A stretch of DNA of 64,000 nucleotides from an uncultured Gemmatimonadales bacterium (GCA_963844445.1 CAWJOB010000001.1:27500-91499), one strand, 5' to 3'. Counted from the stretch's first letter, positions 1 to 11,697 are shown. The notes: generated from the sequence alone by a model not told the origin. Program-made: numbers and translations.

Positions 1-80
1 ATCGCGGTCACCGCCTCGAGCAGCGAGCGTGCCTCGGCTCCGAGGGCGGTTGAGGTGGGGGTCACCCGCACAGTCTGTCC

Positions 81-520
81 CTACGCCGGGCGGCGCACCG
101 GCAGGTGCTCCCACGGGTCCCAGCCGCCACCCAGCTGCCGCCCGCTGACCTCGGTCCACGGGATGCGTACGACGAGGTTGCGCTGGCCCGCCGCCCAGGG
201 ACGCGGTGCCAGGACCGGGCGATCTCGGAGAGCTCCTCGTGGTCGTCGACGAAGGACGCCCGACCCCGCACCACGACGCTCCAGCCGCGCTCGAGCTCGT
301 AGTCGAACTGGTCGACCTCGAAGCACACCTGGGCGTCGCGGCCGTAGGTGCCCAGCAGGCTGTAGGCGGTGGTGCGGACGAGGATCGAGTCGCCGTCCAC
401 GGCGTAGTTCACCGGGACGATGTGGGTGCCGGTGGGCGTGCCGAGCGCCACCCGCCCGGCCATGCCGGCGCCGAGCAGTCGTGTGCAGTCCTCGTGGGAG
501 AGGTCGTGGGTGGTGAGCAT
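81..520 (-). CDS. Pyridoxamine 5'-phosphate oxidase-family (FMN-binding split-barrel) protein; reading frame interrupted near 205-222
   Basis: The gene starts at ATG 520. 'MLTTHDLSHEDCTRLLG...THIVPVNYAVDGDSILVRT' is typical of PPOX-like proteins. The C-terminal 'RPWAAGQRNLVVRIPWTEVSGRQL' continues in the frame of ORF 81..1073, so a 1-nt indel is implied. Confidence 0.7.
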
Positions 521-594
521 GGGAGCCTCCTTCGGCCGGACTCCCAGCCTCCCTGCCCGGTGGCGTCGCGGGCAGGGTCGAAGGTCCCGAACGG

Positions 595-1531
595 CTAGGG
601 CGTCGGAGTCGGTGATCAGCCCGCCGGTCGTCGGCTGGTAGGGGTTGAGCCCGTGGTCGATGGCGTACTGCTTGAGGTAGCCCTCCTGGCCCAGGACCTT
701 GATCCGCTCGGCGATCTTCGCGGCCTCGGCCTTCTCCACCTCGATCTGCGCCTGCGCGGCCTTCACCTGGGCGGCGGCCTCGGCCTCCTTGGCCTTGGCG
801 CGGGCGACGGCCTCCTGCTGGGCGACGAGCGCGGCCTTCACCTCCTCCGGCGGGACAGGCTTCTGCAGGGTGATGGCGAAGTCGGTGAAGAACTCCTCGT
901 CGCCGTCGATCTGGCGGCCGACCAGCTCGGGCATCTGCTCGAGCACCTCCTGCTCCCACTGCGCCTTGACGGCCGGGTCGGTGTAGAGCTCGGTGTAGGT
1001 GTAGTTCTGGCTGGCGCGGTCGATCGCGGTCTCCAGCGGCCGGCTGATGTAGACGCTCAGCATCTGCAGCCACCCGGCCGAGCCGTTGCCGTCGGTGGAG
1101 TCCATGTAGGCGGCGTAGCGGTTGCCGATCAGGTCGTGGAACTTCTGCAGCGTCTTGCAGTCGGTGTTGAGCAGGAACGCCGCGACCCCGTCGACCGACA
1201 TCTCGATGCCGTCCTTGCTGACGAAGGTCACCATCGGCCGGTCGCCGCCCTCGCCGAAGACGTAGTTGCGCTGGCTCTTGGGGTAGGAGTAGTGCTTGTC
1301 GCCGGGGCCGTCCCAGGCGCGCGTCGAGCTCGACACGCAGTCCTTGAAGCTGCGCGGCGTGAAGGCGCCGTCGCTGTAGTGCAGGGCCACCTGGTCGGGG
1401 CCGGTCGAGACGGTGGTCGGCCGGACGAAGATCAGCGTCCCGACCCCGAGGACCAGCAGCAGGATGACTCCGCCCGACGCCTTGCGCAGTGCGCCGGCCC
1501 GGCTGGCGATCTTGTTCGTCGTGGTCGACAT
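595..1531 (-). CDS. SPFH/band-7 domain membrane protein; 3' end uncertain
   Basis: The gene starts at ATG 1531 with 'MSTTTNKIASRAG...' and has an N-terminal TM helix ('GGVILLLVLGVGTLIFV'). An Ala/Glu/Lys coiled coil follows ('AKAKEAEAAAQVKAAQAQIEVEKAEAAKIAE'). There is no in-frame stop before the next gene. The nearest stop (595-597) is out of frame, suggesting an indel near the 3' end. Confidence 0.6.
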
Positions 1532-1538
1532 CGGGTCC

Positions 1539-1736
1539 TCAGGCGTCGGGGCCGCTGGAGAGGCGGCGGTGGTGGGTCGTGATCTCGTCGATGATGATCG
1601 TGGAGAGCTCGGGGGAGACGTCGCGGTGCTGCCACGCCGTCTCGCGCAGCTGCTCGATGAAGGCGTCGCGCTCGGCGAGCTCGCGCGGAGCAGCGGGCGG
1701 GGCGACCGCGGGCGCCGACCCGGCGCCGACGGACAT
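1539..1736 (-). CDS. Hypothetical small protein, possibly with an N-terminal TM extension up to ~1800 in other frames
   Basis: This 65-aa ORF has strong GC3 bias and lies directly upstream of the SPFH gene. A hydrophobic 'MTALLLLL..VVLIGVGLLG' segment lies upstream in shifted frames. Confidence 0.4.
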   Translation of the reverse strand: MSVGAGSAPAVAPPAAPRELAERDAFIEQLRETAWQHRDVSPELSTIIIDEITTHHRRLSSGPDA

Positions 1737-1905
1737 GCGCCCGGCCCAGAAGGCCGACGCCGATCAGCACGACGCACGAGGAGGAGCAGCAGCGCGGTCA
1801 TGCGCGCATCCTGCCCTGTCCGGGGTCGTCGAACCCTGATTTCCCCACTGGTCCAGAGCATCTTCGAGCGCACTCGACGTTGACGGCCCGGTCTAGCGTG
1901 GAGAC

Positions 1906-3307
1906 GTGACTGACCCGAACACCCAGCACCCCGCAGCAAGCACCCTCGGCCAGCTCCGCGCCAGCGGCCACGAGCTGAAGACGCTCCGCGAGGAGCTCCG
2001 CGACAACCTGCTCGCCCGGTTGCGCAGCGGCGAGGATCCGTGGCCCGGCCTGCACGGCTTCTCCGAGACCGTCGTCCCGCAGGTCGAGCGCGCCCTGCTC
2101 GCCGGCCACGACATCGTGCTGCTCGGCGAGCGCGGCCAGGGCAAGACCCGGCTGCTGCGCTCGCTGGTCGGCCTCCTCGACGAGTGGTCACCGGTGATCT
2201 CCGGCTCCGAGCTCGGCGAGCACCCCTACGAGCCGATCACCGTCACGTCCCAGCAGGCGGCGGCGACGTACGGCGACGACCTGCGGATCTCGTGGCGGCA
2301 CCGCGACGAGAGGTACGCCGAGAAGCTGGCGACGCCGGACACGTCGGTCGCCGACCTGATCGGCGACGTCGACCCGATGAAGGTGGCGGAGGGCCGTCAC
2401 CTCGGCGACCCGGAGACCATCCACTTCGGGCTGATCCCGCGCAGCCACCGCGGCATCGTCGCGATCAACGAGCTGCCCGACCTCGCCGAGCGGATCCAGG
2501 TCGCGATGCTCAACGTGATGGAGGAGCGCGACATCCAGATCCGCGGCTACATCCTCCGGCTGCCGCTCGACGTGCTCGTCGTCGCCAGCGCCAACCCCGA
2601 GGACTACACCAACCGCGGCCGGATCATCACCCCGCTCAAGGACCGCTTCGGCGCCGAGATCCGCACCCACTACCCGCGCGAGGTCGACGAGGAGATCGCC
2701 GTCATCGAGCAGGAGGCCGACCTCGTCGCCGAGGTGCCGGCGTACCTCGCTCGAGGTGCTCGCCCGGTTCACCCGCAACCTCCGCGAGTCCCAGGCCGTC
2801 GACCAGCGCTCGGGCGTCAGCGCCCGCTTCGCGATCGCCGGCGCCGAGACCATCGCCGCCGCCGCGCTGCACCGGGCGACCACGCAGGGCGAGGACGAGG
2901 CCGTGGCCCGCGTCGTCGACCTCGAGACGGCGGTCGACGTGCTCGGCGGCAAGATCGAGTTCGAGACCGGCGAGGAGGGTCGCGAGGCCGAGGTGCTCAC
3001 CCACCTGCTCCGCACCGCCGTCGCCGAGACCGTCCGCGCCCACCTCGCCGGCATCGACCTGCGGCTGCTGGTCGAGGCGATCGAGGAGGGTGCGATGGTC
3101 AGCACCGGTGCCCGCGTCGGTGCGCGCGACTTCCTCGCCGGCCTGCCGGTGCTGGGCGAGTCGGACCTCTACGACGCGGTGTGCGACCGGCTCGGCGCGA
3201 CCAACGACGGCGAGCGCGCGGCCGCGATCGAGCTCGCGCTCGAGGGCCTCTACCTCGCCCGCAAGATCGGCAAGGACACCGACGCCGGGGAGACCGTCTA
3301 TGGCTGA
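1906..3307 (+). CDS. AAA+ ATPase (ChlI/MoxR-like, sigma-54-interaction-type fold), partner of the vWA protein; frameshift near 2745-2760
   Basis: It starts at GTG 1906 and carries Walker A 'GERGQGKT', 'VAINELPDL' and 'ASANPEDYTNRGRIITPLKDRFG'. The N-part lies in ORF 1906..3318 and the C-part ('LARFTRNLRESQAVDQRSGVSARF...') in ORF 2756..3307. Confidence 0.75.
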
Positions 3308-3830
3308 CGCCTGCCTGACGCCGCCCTCGTCACGCTCCGCGCCGGCACCGTCGACGACATCCCGGCGCTCGTCGCGCTCGGCCGCGCCGTCGTGCCGCCG
3401 ACCTACGGCCCGATCGACGCGGCGTACGCCCAGCGGATGATCGACGAGTGGTGGACGCCCGAGGTGTTCACCCGGTCGATGCAGACCAACGCGCACGTCG
3501 TCGCCGAGGTCGACGGGGAGGTCGTCGCGCTCGCCAACGATCGGCCGGCTGTCGCGGTCCTACCGCGACTTCCCGCACGTCAGCGGCGACCGCGAGGTGA
3601 TGTGGAAGCTCTACGTCCACCCCGACCACCACGGCCGCGGCATCGGCAGCCGGCTGCTGGCCGAGGTCGAGTCGCGCGTCGAGGGCGACGAGCTGTGGCT
3701 CGAGGTCGTCGACGGCAACGAGCAGGCCTTCGCGTTCTACCGCGCGCCGCGGCTTCGAGCGAGGTCGAGCGCGACCCCGGACGCGGCCGTGGCCCGACGA
3801 CGTGTGGATGAGGAAGGTGCTGCCGGTGAG
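3300..3830 (+). CDS. GNAT-family N-acetyltransferase; at least 2-3 apparent frameshifts, boundaries approximate
   Basis: 'VTLRAGTVDDIPALVALGRAVVPPTYGPID', 'REVMWKLYVHPDHHGRGIGSRLLAEVE' (acetyl-CoA motif) and 'NEQAFAFYRA.GFE' are spread over three frames (ORFs 2040.., 3392.., 3597..). Confidence 0.6.
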
Positions 3831-5831
3831 CCGCTTCACGAAGTACGCCGGCGGCGACCCGCTCGCGCCGCCGGTCGACCTCGCCGACGCGCTCGACGCG
3901 ATCGGCCAGGACGTGATGGCCGGCTACTCGCCCGAGCACGCGATGCGCGAGTACCTCCGGCGCGGCGGCACCGACCAGACCGGGCTCGACGAGCTGCAGC
4001 GCCAGGTCGCCCAGCGGCGGCGCGACATCCTCCAGCGCAACAACCTCGACGGCACCATGCAGGAGGTGCGCGAGCTCCTCGACAAGGCGGTGCTGGCCGA
4101 GCGCGGCCAGCTCGCCCGCGACATCACGATGTCGGACGAGGACCGCGACTTCCGCGAGATGGTGCTGGACAACCTGCTCGCCGTCCACCGCGGCCGCGGT
4201 GAGCGAGCTGGCGTCGTACGACTGGCAGTCCGCCGAGGCGCGCGAGGCCTACGAGCAGATCAAGGACCTGCTCGGCCGCGAGCTGCTCGACCAGCGGTTC
4301 GCCGGGATGAAGCAGGCGCTCGAGGGCGCGACCGACGAGGACCGGGCGGCCGTCGCCGAGATGCTGTCCGACCTCAACGACCTGCTCGAGAAGCACGCCG
4401 CGGGTGGAGGACACCGACGAGGAGTTCGCCGACTTCATGGAGAAGCACGGCGACTTCTTCCCCGAGAACCCGCAGGACATCGACGAGCTGCTCGACTCGC
4501 TCGCCCAGCGCGCCGCGGCGGCCCAGCGGATGCTCAACTCGATGACCGAGGAGCAGCGCCAGGAGCTGATGGAGCTCTCGCAGCAGGCGTTCGGCTCGCC
4601 GCAGCTGATGGAGCAGCTGGCCCGGATGGACGCCAACCTCCAGGCGCTGCGGCCGGGCGAGGACTGGTCGGGGTCGGAGAGCTTCGAGGGGGACCAGGGG
4701 ATGGGGCTCGGCGACGGCACGGGCGCGCTCCAGGACCTCGCCCAGCTCGACCAGCTGTCCGACCAGCTCGCCCAGTCCTACCAGGGCGCCCGGCTCGACG
4801 ACGTCGACCTCGACGCGCTCGCCGGCCAGCTCGGCCCCGAGGCGGCCGTCGCCGCGAAGACCCTGCAGGAGCTCGAGCAGGCGCTGCGCGACAGCGGCTA
4901 CCTCAAGCGCGGGTCCGACGGCGAGCTCCGGCTCTCGCCGAAGGCGATGCGCCAGCTCGGCAAGGCGCTGCTGCGCGACGTGGCCGACCGGATGAGCGGT
5001 CGCTCCGGCGGCCAGCGCGAGACGCGTACGACGGGCCTGGCGGGCGAGCCGTCCGGCGCCACCCGGCGGTGGGAGTTCGGCGACACCGAGCCGTGGGACG
5101 TGCCGCGCACGATCACCAACGCGGTGCTGCGCGAGGGCGGCGCCTCACCGGTGCGGATCCAGGTCGACGACATCGAGGTCGTCGAGACCGAGGCCCGCAC
5201 CCAGGCGGCCGTCGCGCTGCTGGTCGACACGTCGTTCTCGATGGCGATGGACGGGCGGTGGGTGCCGATGAAGCGCACCGCCCTCGCCCTGCACCAGCTC
5301 GTCCGCTCGCGCTTCCGCGGCGACGACCTCCAGCTGATCGCGTTCGGCCGGCACGCCCAGGTGATGGAGATCGAGCAGCTCACCGGGCCTCGACGCGCCG
5401 CTGGGACAAGGGCACCAACCTCCACCACGGCCTGCTGCTCGCGAACCGGTTCTTCCGCAAGCACCCCAACGCCCAGCCGGTGCTGCTGGTCGTCACCGAC
5501 GGCGAGCCGACCGCGCACCTCGAGCCCGACGGCGAGGTGTGGTTCTCCTACCCGCCGCACCCGCTGACGATCGCCCACTCGGTGCGCGAGCTCGACGCGG
5601 CCGCGCGGCTCGGGGCGCAGGTGACGTTCTTCCGGCTCGGCGAGGACCCCGGCCTGGCGCGCTTCATCGACTCGATGGCCCGTCGGGTCGACGGCCGGAT
5701 GGTCAGCCCCGAGCTCGACGACCTCGGCGCCGCGGTGGTCGGGTCCTACCTCGGCTCGCGCGGCCCCGGCACGTCGTACCGCGAGCACTTCGGCGACTTC
5801 TACGGCGGTCGGCCGGGGCTTCTGGGTCTAG
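3829..5831 (+). CDS. von Willebrand factor type A (vWA) domain protein; about 4 apparent frameshifts (~4195, ~4400, ~5395, ~5820)
   Basis: 'VSRFTKYAGGDPLAPPVDLADALDAIGQDVMAGYSPEHAM' starts at GTG 3829. It has MIDAS-like 'ALLVDTSFSMAMDGRW' and 'VLLVVTDGEPTAHLE'. The homologous sequence hops between ORFs 3802.., 4199.. and 4404... Confidence 0.75.
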
Positions 5832-5841
5832 CCGGGATGCA

Positions 5842-6258
5842 TCACGGGCGGAGCCGGCCGCCTCGAGCATCCGCAGCAGCTCGGCGCCCATGTGCTCGAT
5901 GACGGCCTGGAGCGCCTTGGCGGGCCGGACCATCACCGTGAAGTCGACGATCTGGCCGTCGTCGTCCCACGTGATCATGTCGATCCCCGGAGACGTCGAG
6001 GCCGCCGACCTCCGTACGGAACTGCAGCACCGCCGAGTCCTCGCCGAGCCACTCGCGCTCGTAGGTCAGCGCCGGTCCGAGCACCGTGAACGCGGCCGTC
6101 AGGTAGCCGACCACCGTGTCGCGGCCGACCTGCGGCGTGTGCACGGCCGGGCTGCGGAAGACCGCGTCCTCGGCGACCAGCCCGGGCAGGCCGGCGGGGT
6201 CGCGGCTCTCGACGACGGCGTGCCAGCGGGCGAGGCTGCGGCGTGCATGGACGTCCAT
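5842..6258 (-). CDS. NTF2/SnoaL-like domain protein; frameshift near 5985, 3' end uncertain
   Basis: The gene starts at ATG 6258 with 'MDVHARRSLARWHAVVESRDPAGLPGLVAEDAVFRSPAVH...'. It continues as 'MITWDDDGQIVDFTVMVRPAKALQAVIEHMG' in ORF 5703..5978. Confidence 0.6.
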   Translation of the reverse strand: MDVHARRSLARWHAVVESRDPAGLPGLVAEDAVFRSPAVHTPQVGRDTVVGYLTAAFTVLGPALTYEREWLGEDSAVLQFRTEVGGLDVSGDRHDHVGRRRPDRRLHGDGPARQGAPGRHRAHGRRAAADARGGRLRP

Positions 6259-6303
6259 GGCGTCATCGTGCCACCCGACGCGCGGTCTGGCAGGGTCTGG
6301 GCC

Positions 6304-7463
6304 GTGGAGCTGCGAGACCTGCCGCGCGTCGTCTGGGCGCTGGCGGTGGCGAGGTTCGTCTCGTCGGCCGCGTCGTTCACGATGCTCTTCCTCACGCTCT
6401 ACCTCACCGGTCCGCGCGAGATGTCCACCTTGACGGCCGGCCTCCTCGCCGGCACGGTCGGGATCGGCTTCCTGGTCGGGCAACTTCACCGGCGGCCGGT
6501 GGGGCGACCGCTACGGCCACCGCCGGGTCCTGCTCACCGCGAGCTCGACCGGCGGCCTCATGCTCGTCGTCGTACCCCTCGTGCCGCTGTGGGTGCTCGT
6601 CGGGCTGCTGCCCGTGCAGGCCTACCTGATGGCGACGGGGTCGGTGTCGTCCGGTGCGCTGTCGGCGCTCGCGGTCCCGCGCGGCCAGCGGCGTACGTCG
6701 GTCGCGGTCGGGCGGGCCGCCTCCAACGCCGGGTTCGTGCTCGGGCCGCCGCTGGGTGCGCTGCTCGTCGCGTGGAGCTATGACGCGATGTTCGTCGTCG
6801 ACGGGCTGGCCGTGATCGTCGTGCGGTTCGCGCTGAGCCGGGTGCTGCCGCGCGACGCGCCCGACGTCGGCGACGCCCGCGCGCCCGGCCACGGCCTGCT
6901 GCAGGCGCTGCGGCTCGACCGCCCGCTGGTGGTGCTGCTGGTCGGCGTCGTGCTGGTCGACCTGGTCTACCGCCAGCTCTACTCGACCCTGCCGCTCCAC
7001 CTGCGCGACTCCGGCCAGCCGGTCTGGCTCTACGCCACGGTGATCGCCGTCGGCTCCGCGCTGATCCTCGTGCTGGAGATCCCGGTGACGCAGTGGCTGC
7101 AGGGGCAGGGCGCGTACGGCGTCATCGCCCTCGGCTACGCACTCGTGGGTGTCGGCACCGCGATGTTCGCGCTGCCGGTCTCGGTCGCGTCGGTGGTGCT
7201 GGCGATGGTGCGTGCTCACCGCCGGCGAGATCCTCTACAAGACCACCGCCACCGCACACGTGCTCGACCAGGCGCCCGACCACCTCGTCGGCCAGTACCA
7301 GGGCCTCTACACCGGCGCCGCCACCAGCGGGACGCTGCTCTCCGCGCCGATCGGCACGGCGGTCTACGCCGCCGCGCCCGACCTGCTCTGGCCGCTGATG
7401 GCGGCGCTGGCGCTCGCCGCGGCCGGGTTCGTCCTGCTGGCGCGGCGGGTGTCGGCGGGCTAG
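6304..7463 (+). CDS. MFS transporter; frameshifts near ~6485 and ~7210
   Basis: Multiple TM segments run across ORFs 5539..6783, 6560..7525 and 7149..7463. Examples are 'VWALAVARFVSSAASFTMLFLTLYLTG', 'GRAASNAGFVLGPPLGALLV' and 'LTAGEILYKTTATAHVLDQAP'. Confidence 0.65.
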
Positions 7464-8816
7464 GCCGTCGGCGAACCCCGGCAGCGACTCCTCGAGGATC
7501 TCGCGGAAGGGCGCGGTCGCGTTGAGCTGGCTCAGCATGCCGATCGCGCCGATCCAGGTGCGGTGGATGAGGAGGTAGGACGTCGGGAGGTTGAGCTTGA
7601 GCGCGAGGGTGAACGCCTCCGACTTCGGGTCGTTGACCCGCTCGAACTGCTCGCGCATCCACTCGCGCGTGAAGGTGAAGCGGTCCTGCGCGGCGGGCTC
7701 GACGAACGGGGCGAGGTAGGACAGGACCATGGCCGGGTCGACCTCGATCTTGTCCTTGATGAACCCCTCCTCGCGCAGCCCGGCGACGAGCGACTGCTCG
7801 TCGGCCTCGAGGGCGATGCGCAGCAGGCGGCCGGTCGCCGGCGGCATGGTGCCGCCCTCGAGGCGGGCGACCGCGCCGAAGTCCAGCACCCCCATCCGGC
7901 CGAGGCCGCCGTCGGGCGCCGGGAGGATGCGGAAGTTGCCGGGGTGCGGGTCGGCGTGGAGCATGCCGGTCAGCCGGGGGCCCTCGAACAGGAACCGCAC
8001 GAAGAGCTCGCCGTAGTGGTCGCGCTCCTCCTGCGTCCCCTCGCGGATCACGTGGGCCAGCGAGTACGGGGAGTCCAGCCACTCGGTCACGAGCACCTGC
8101 TCGCCCACCGACACCACGGCGGGCACCACGATGTCGGGGTGGTCGGCGAAGGCCTCGGCGTACGCCGCCTGCGCCTCGGCCTCCAGCGCGTAGTCGAGCT
8201 CGTCGGCCGCACGCGCCTGCAGCTCGGCCACCAGGGGCTTGATGTCGAGCCCGGGGAAGACCGGCGCGACGCTGCGGGCGACCCGGGCGATCTGGCGCAG
8301 GTCGGACATCAGCGCCTCGCCGGCGCCGGGGTACTGCACCTTGACCGCGACGTCGCGCTCGGCGCCGTCGTCCAGCGCGTGGTCGAGCCACCGGCCCCGG
8401 TGGACCTGGCCGATCGAGGCGGCCGCCGTCGGCGCGCCGTCGAGCCAGACCAGCCGCTCGCGCCAGTCGGCGCCGAGGTGGGTCGTCAGCTGCTGGCGCA
8501 CGGTCGAGGTGGGCATCGGGGGAGCGGAGTCCTGGAGCGCGGTGAGGTGCTCGCGGTAGGGAGCGGCGAGCTCCTCGGGCAGCGCCGACTCCAGCACGCT
8601 GAGGGCCTGGCCGAACTTCATCGCCCCGCCCTTGAGCTCGCCCAGCGTGCGGAACAGCTGCTCGGCCGTGCGCTGCTGGACCTCGCTCAGCACCACGTCG
8701 GCGTTGCGTCCGCCGAGGCGCTTGCCGAACCCGATCGCGGTGCGACCGGCGTACCCCAGGGGCAGCGCCGCGAGGCGTGCCGTGCGGGCGGCGGCCTTGC
8801 GTGGGAGCTCGGTCAT
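7461..8816 (-). CDS. ABC1/UbiB-family atypical protein kinase; 3' end runs on without an in-frame stop
   Basis: The gene starts at ATG 8816. It carries 'AAASIGQVHRGRW', 'VAVKVQYPGAGEAL' and 'MLHADPHPGNF'. The expected stop shares the CTAG at 7460-7463 with the convergent MFS gene but is out of frame. Confidence 0.8.
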
Positions 8817-8946
8817 GGACCCATCATCCCCTCGACGCGCAATCCGGATGCGGCCGGGCACCGAACGGGAGTACGCGCACGGGCGTGACCTGGCGCACGC
8901 TGCGTCGTTGAGCGGGGCAACACCTCACACCCTCGGGAGGGACCAC

Positions 8947-10414
8947 GTGCGACTCACGACCACGCTCGCCTGCACGGCGAGCATCCTCGCCGCCACGGCG
9001 GCCTTCGGCGCCGGCGGCACCGCCACGGCAGCCGTGTCCGGCGCCCCGCAGCCGGCCAACGTCTCCGACTTCCTCGCCGGCCAGCTCACCGGCCTGACCG
9101 GGAGGACCACCGTGCTCGTCCACGGGACGAGCATCACCGCGGCCCGCCAGGCGGTCGCCGCGACGGGCATGGCGAAGAAGGGCGAGTACAAGGGCATCGG
9201 CGTCGTGATCGCCAACGCGACGAAGTCGCAGATCTCGGCGGTCCGCACGCAGAGCGGGGTGACGTACGTCGAGGGCGGCGCGCAGCCCATCGAGTTCTTC
9301 CAGGAGACGTCCAACACCGCGACCCGCGGTGCGGAGGCGGCCTCGACCCTGACCGGTGCCAACGGCAGCCCGCTCACCGGCAAGGGCGTCAGCGTCGCGG
9401 TCATCGACTCCGGCGTCGACCCGACCCACCCCTACTTCAAGGAGGCCGACGGCTCGTCCGCCGTCGTCGCCAACCTCAAGGCGCTCTGCGAGCCGCTGAC
9501 CGAGACCTGCTCGGTCCAGAAGCTCCCGAACATCGTCGACACCGACACGCTGTCGCTCGGCGGCCACGGCACCCACGTCAACGGCATCGTGGCCGGTCGC
9601 CCGACCACGCTGACCGACGGCGGCAAGCTCCAGGGTGCCGCCCCCGGCGCCAAGCTGGTCTCGATCTCGACCGGTGCCGGCATCGTGATCCTCGGCGCCG
9701 ACTCCGCGCTCAACTGGGTGCTCGAGAACCACGCCGCTCCGTGCGGCGCCGGCGTCCCGGCCTCGACCTGCCCGCCGATCAAGGTCACCAACAACTCCTA
9801 CGGCCCGACCGGTGGCGGCGAGTTCGACCCCGAGTCGGCCACCGTCAAGCTCCAGCGGGCGCTCGCCGCCGCAGGGCGTGGTGACCGTCTGGGCGGCCGG
9901 CAACGACGGCGGCGACGGCTCCGAGAGCCTCACCAACCCGCCCGGCCAGGACCCGACCGGCGGCATCCTCTCGGTGGCGTCGTTCTACGACCAGGACACC
10001 GGCACCCGCGACGGCATGGTCTCCGACTACAGCTCGCGCGGCCTGTCCTCGGACGCCTCGACCTGGCCGGACATCTCGGCGCCCGGTGAGAACATCACCT
10101 CGTCGTGCCGTCTCTACCTGGCGATCTGCGCGACCGGCCTCGACCCGCGCAACGGTCCCGGCCTGCTGGACATCGGCACCTTCAACACGATCAGCGGCAC
10201 GTCGATGGCTGCCCCGCACATCGCGGGCATCGTCGCGCAGCTGTTCCAGGCCAAGCCCTCCGCGACCCCCGCCGACATCGAGCGGGCGCTGAAGGTCTCC
10301 GCCTACAAGTACACCGACGGGGCCGGCTACCAGTCCGGTCCGCTGGGCACCACGTCGTACGACAAGGGCTACGGCCTCGTCGACGTCGTCGCCGCCGTCG
10401 CGGCACTGGGGTGA
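8947..10414 (+). CDS. Secreted subtilisin-like (S8) serine protease; frameshift near ~9870
   Basis: It starts at GTG 8947 with a signal-like 'VRLTTTLACTASILAATAAFGAGG'. The Asp/His/Ser triad motifs are 'VAVIDSGVD', 'GGHGTHVNG' and 'SGTSMAAPHIAG'. The C-part lies in ORF 9812..10414. Confidence 0.8.
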
Positions 10415-10477
10415 CCACCCAGGGCTGACACAGACCCTCCAGGGGGGAGCCACCGCGCAACAGGGGCGCGGTGGAAG

Positions 10478-10520
10478 GAGCGGGCGGGAGCGAGAGCTCC
10501 CGCCCGCTCTCCTGTTTGCG
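10478..10520 (+). terminator. Rho-independent-type terminator hairpin downstream of the S8 protease
   Basis: A perfect 14-bp GC-rich stem GAGCGGGCGGGAGC/GCTCCCGCCCGCTC has a GAGA loop and is followed by TCCTGTTTGCG. A second 9-bp hairpin lies at 10450-10474. Confidence 0.6.
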
Positions 10521-10531
10521 AGACTGCCCGC

Positions 10532-10816
10532 ATGGAGCTGGAGTTCAGCGGTGACGTGGTCGAGTGGCGCGGCCCCGCGCCCTACTACTTCGTGCCGCTC
10601 CCGCTCGACGCCGCCGACCTCGTCGACGAGGTCAAGGCGGAGGTCGTCTACTGGGGCGTCGTGCCGGTGCGGGCGTGGATCGGCGGCACCGAGTTCACCA
10701 CCTCGATGTTCCCGCGCGAGGAGACCTGGTTCCTGCCGGTGAAGGACGCCGTGCGCAGGGCCGAGGCGATCGGCCTCGGCGACGTGGTCGACGTACGCCT
10801 CCAGGTCGGGCGGTAG
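10532..10816 (+). CDS. DUF1905-domain protein
   Basis: This intact 94-aa ORF has 'WRGPAPYYFVPLP...VYWGVVPVRAWIGGTEFTTSMFPREETWFLPVK', characteristic of DUF1905. Confidence 0.75.
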   Translation: MELEFSGDVVEWRGPAPYYFVPLPLDAADLVDEVKAEVVYWGVVPVRAWIGGTEFTTSMFPREETWFLPVKDAVRRAEAIGLGDVVDVRLQVGR

Positions 10817-10819
10817 GCC

Positions 10820-11596
10820 TCAGCCGACGGCGGCGCGGGCGGCGCGGGCGCGACGAGCCGTCAGGTAGAGGCTCAGCACGACGTAGTAGGCGACGTAGGC
10901 CACCGAGATCGCGAGCCAGACGACGCTCGGGTCGGGCGCCTGCACGAGCAGCACCGCGTAGCTGACCAGCCAGAGGCAGGTCAGGACGAGCGTGGGCGCC
11001 TGCAGGGTGGTGGTGCGCGAGGGGTAGACGTAGCCGATGGGCACGAAGACGAGCACCGCGCACACCAGCAGCACGGCCGCGGCGGCCGTCGGCGACAGGT
11101 CGAGCACGTAGATGTAGAACGCGGCGATGTTCCAGTAGCTCGGGAAGCCGAGGAACAGGTGGTCGTCGGTCTTCGCGTCGACCCGGCAGAACTGGTACGC
11201 CGACGCCAGCAGCGGCACCACCGCGAGCACCTTCGCCGAGGCCCCGTCGCCGAGCAGCCCGGTGCTCCACAGCAGCACCATCGGGAGGAACGCGTAGGTG
11301 AGGTAGTCGACGATGTTGTCGAGCAGCGCCCCGTCGAACCACGGCACGTGGCGCTTCACCTGCACCCAGCGCGCGAGCATGCCGTCCGTGCCGTCGACGA
11401 CCATGGTGGCGAGGAAGAGCCAGAGGCACCGGGTGGTGTCGCCCTCCATCACCGCGACGACGGCGAGGAACGCCAGCACGAAGCCCGAGGCCGTGTAGGC
11501 GTGCACGAGCCAGGAGGCGATCGTCGGGAAGGTGCTGCCGTGGGGAGGCCACGTCCCTCCTCGGTCGTTGGTGTGTGCCGTCGAGAGGGGGATCAT
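10820..11596 (-). CDS. CDP-alcohol phosphatidyltransferase family protein (phosphatidylcholine-synthase-like)
   Basis: The CDP-alcohol motif is 'DGTDGMLARWVQVKRHVPWFDGALLDNIVD'. It has multiple TM helices. The likely start is ATG 11596 ('MIPLS...'). Confidence 0.75.
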   Translation of the reverse strand: MIPLSTAHTNDRGGTWPPHGSTFPTIASWLVHAYTASGFVLAFLAVVAVMEGDTTRCLWLFLATMVVDGTDGMLARWVQVKRHVPWFDGALLDNIVDYLTYAFLPMVLLWSTGLLGDGASAKVLAVVPLLASAYQFCRVDAKTDDHLFLGFPSYWNIAAFYIYVLDLSPTAAAAVLLVCAVLVFVPIGYVYPSRTTTLQAPTLVLTCLWLVSYAVLLVQAPDPSVVWLAISVAYVAYYVVLSLYLTARRARAARAAVG

Positions 11597-11697
11597 GTCA
11601 GACGGAGCCGCCGGAGATGCAACCTTCGCCGGTGCGTTCCGCGTCCTCAAGGTGCATCGGGACGATCCGGTGCACGACACGAGAAACGGAAAGCACC

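Noticed and set aside
62-2191. A very long ORF (709 aa) spanning several genes. Similar long ORFs are 12590..15190 (866 aa), 46672..49005 (777 aa), 31733..33346, 56517..57710 and 40907..42364.
   Set aside because: These are read-through or antisense artefacts of stop-codon-poor high-GC DNA. Their translations are Arg/Pro/Gly/Ala-rich low-complexity strings. In every case they overlap a frame or strand carrying recognisable conserved protein motifs.
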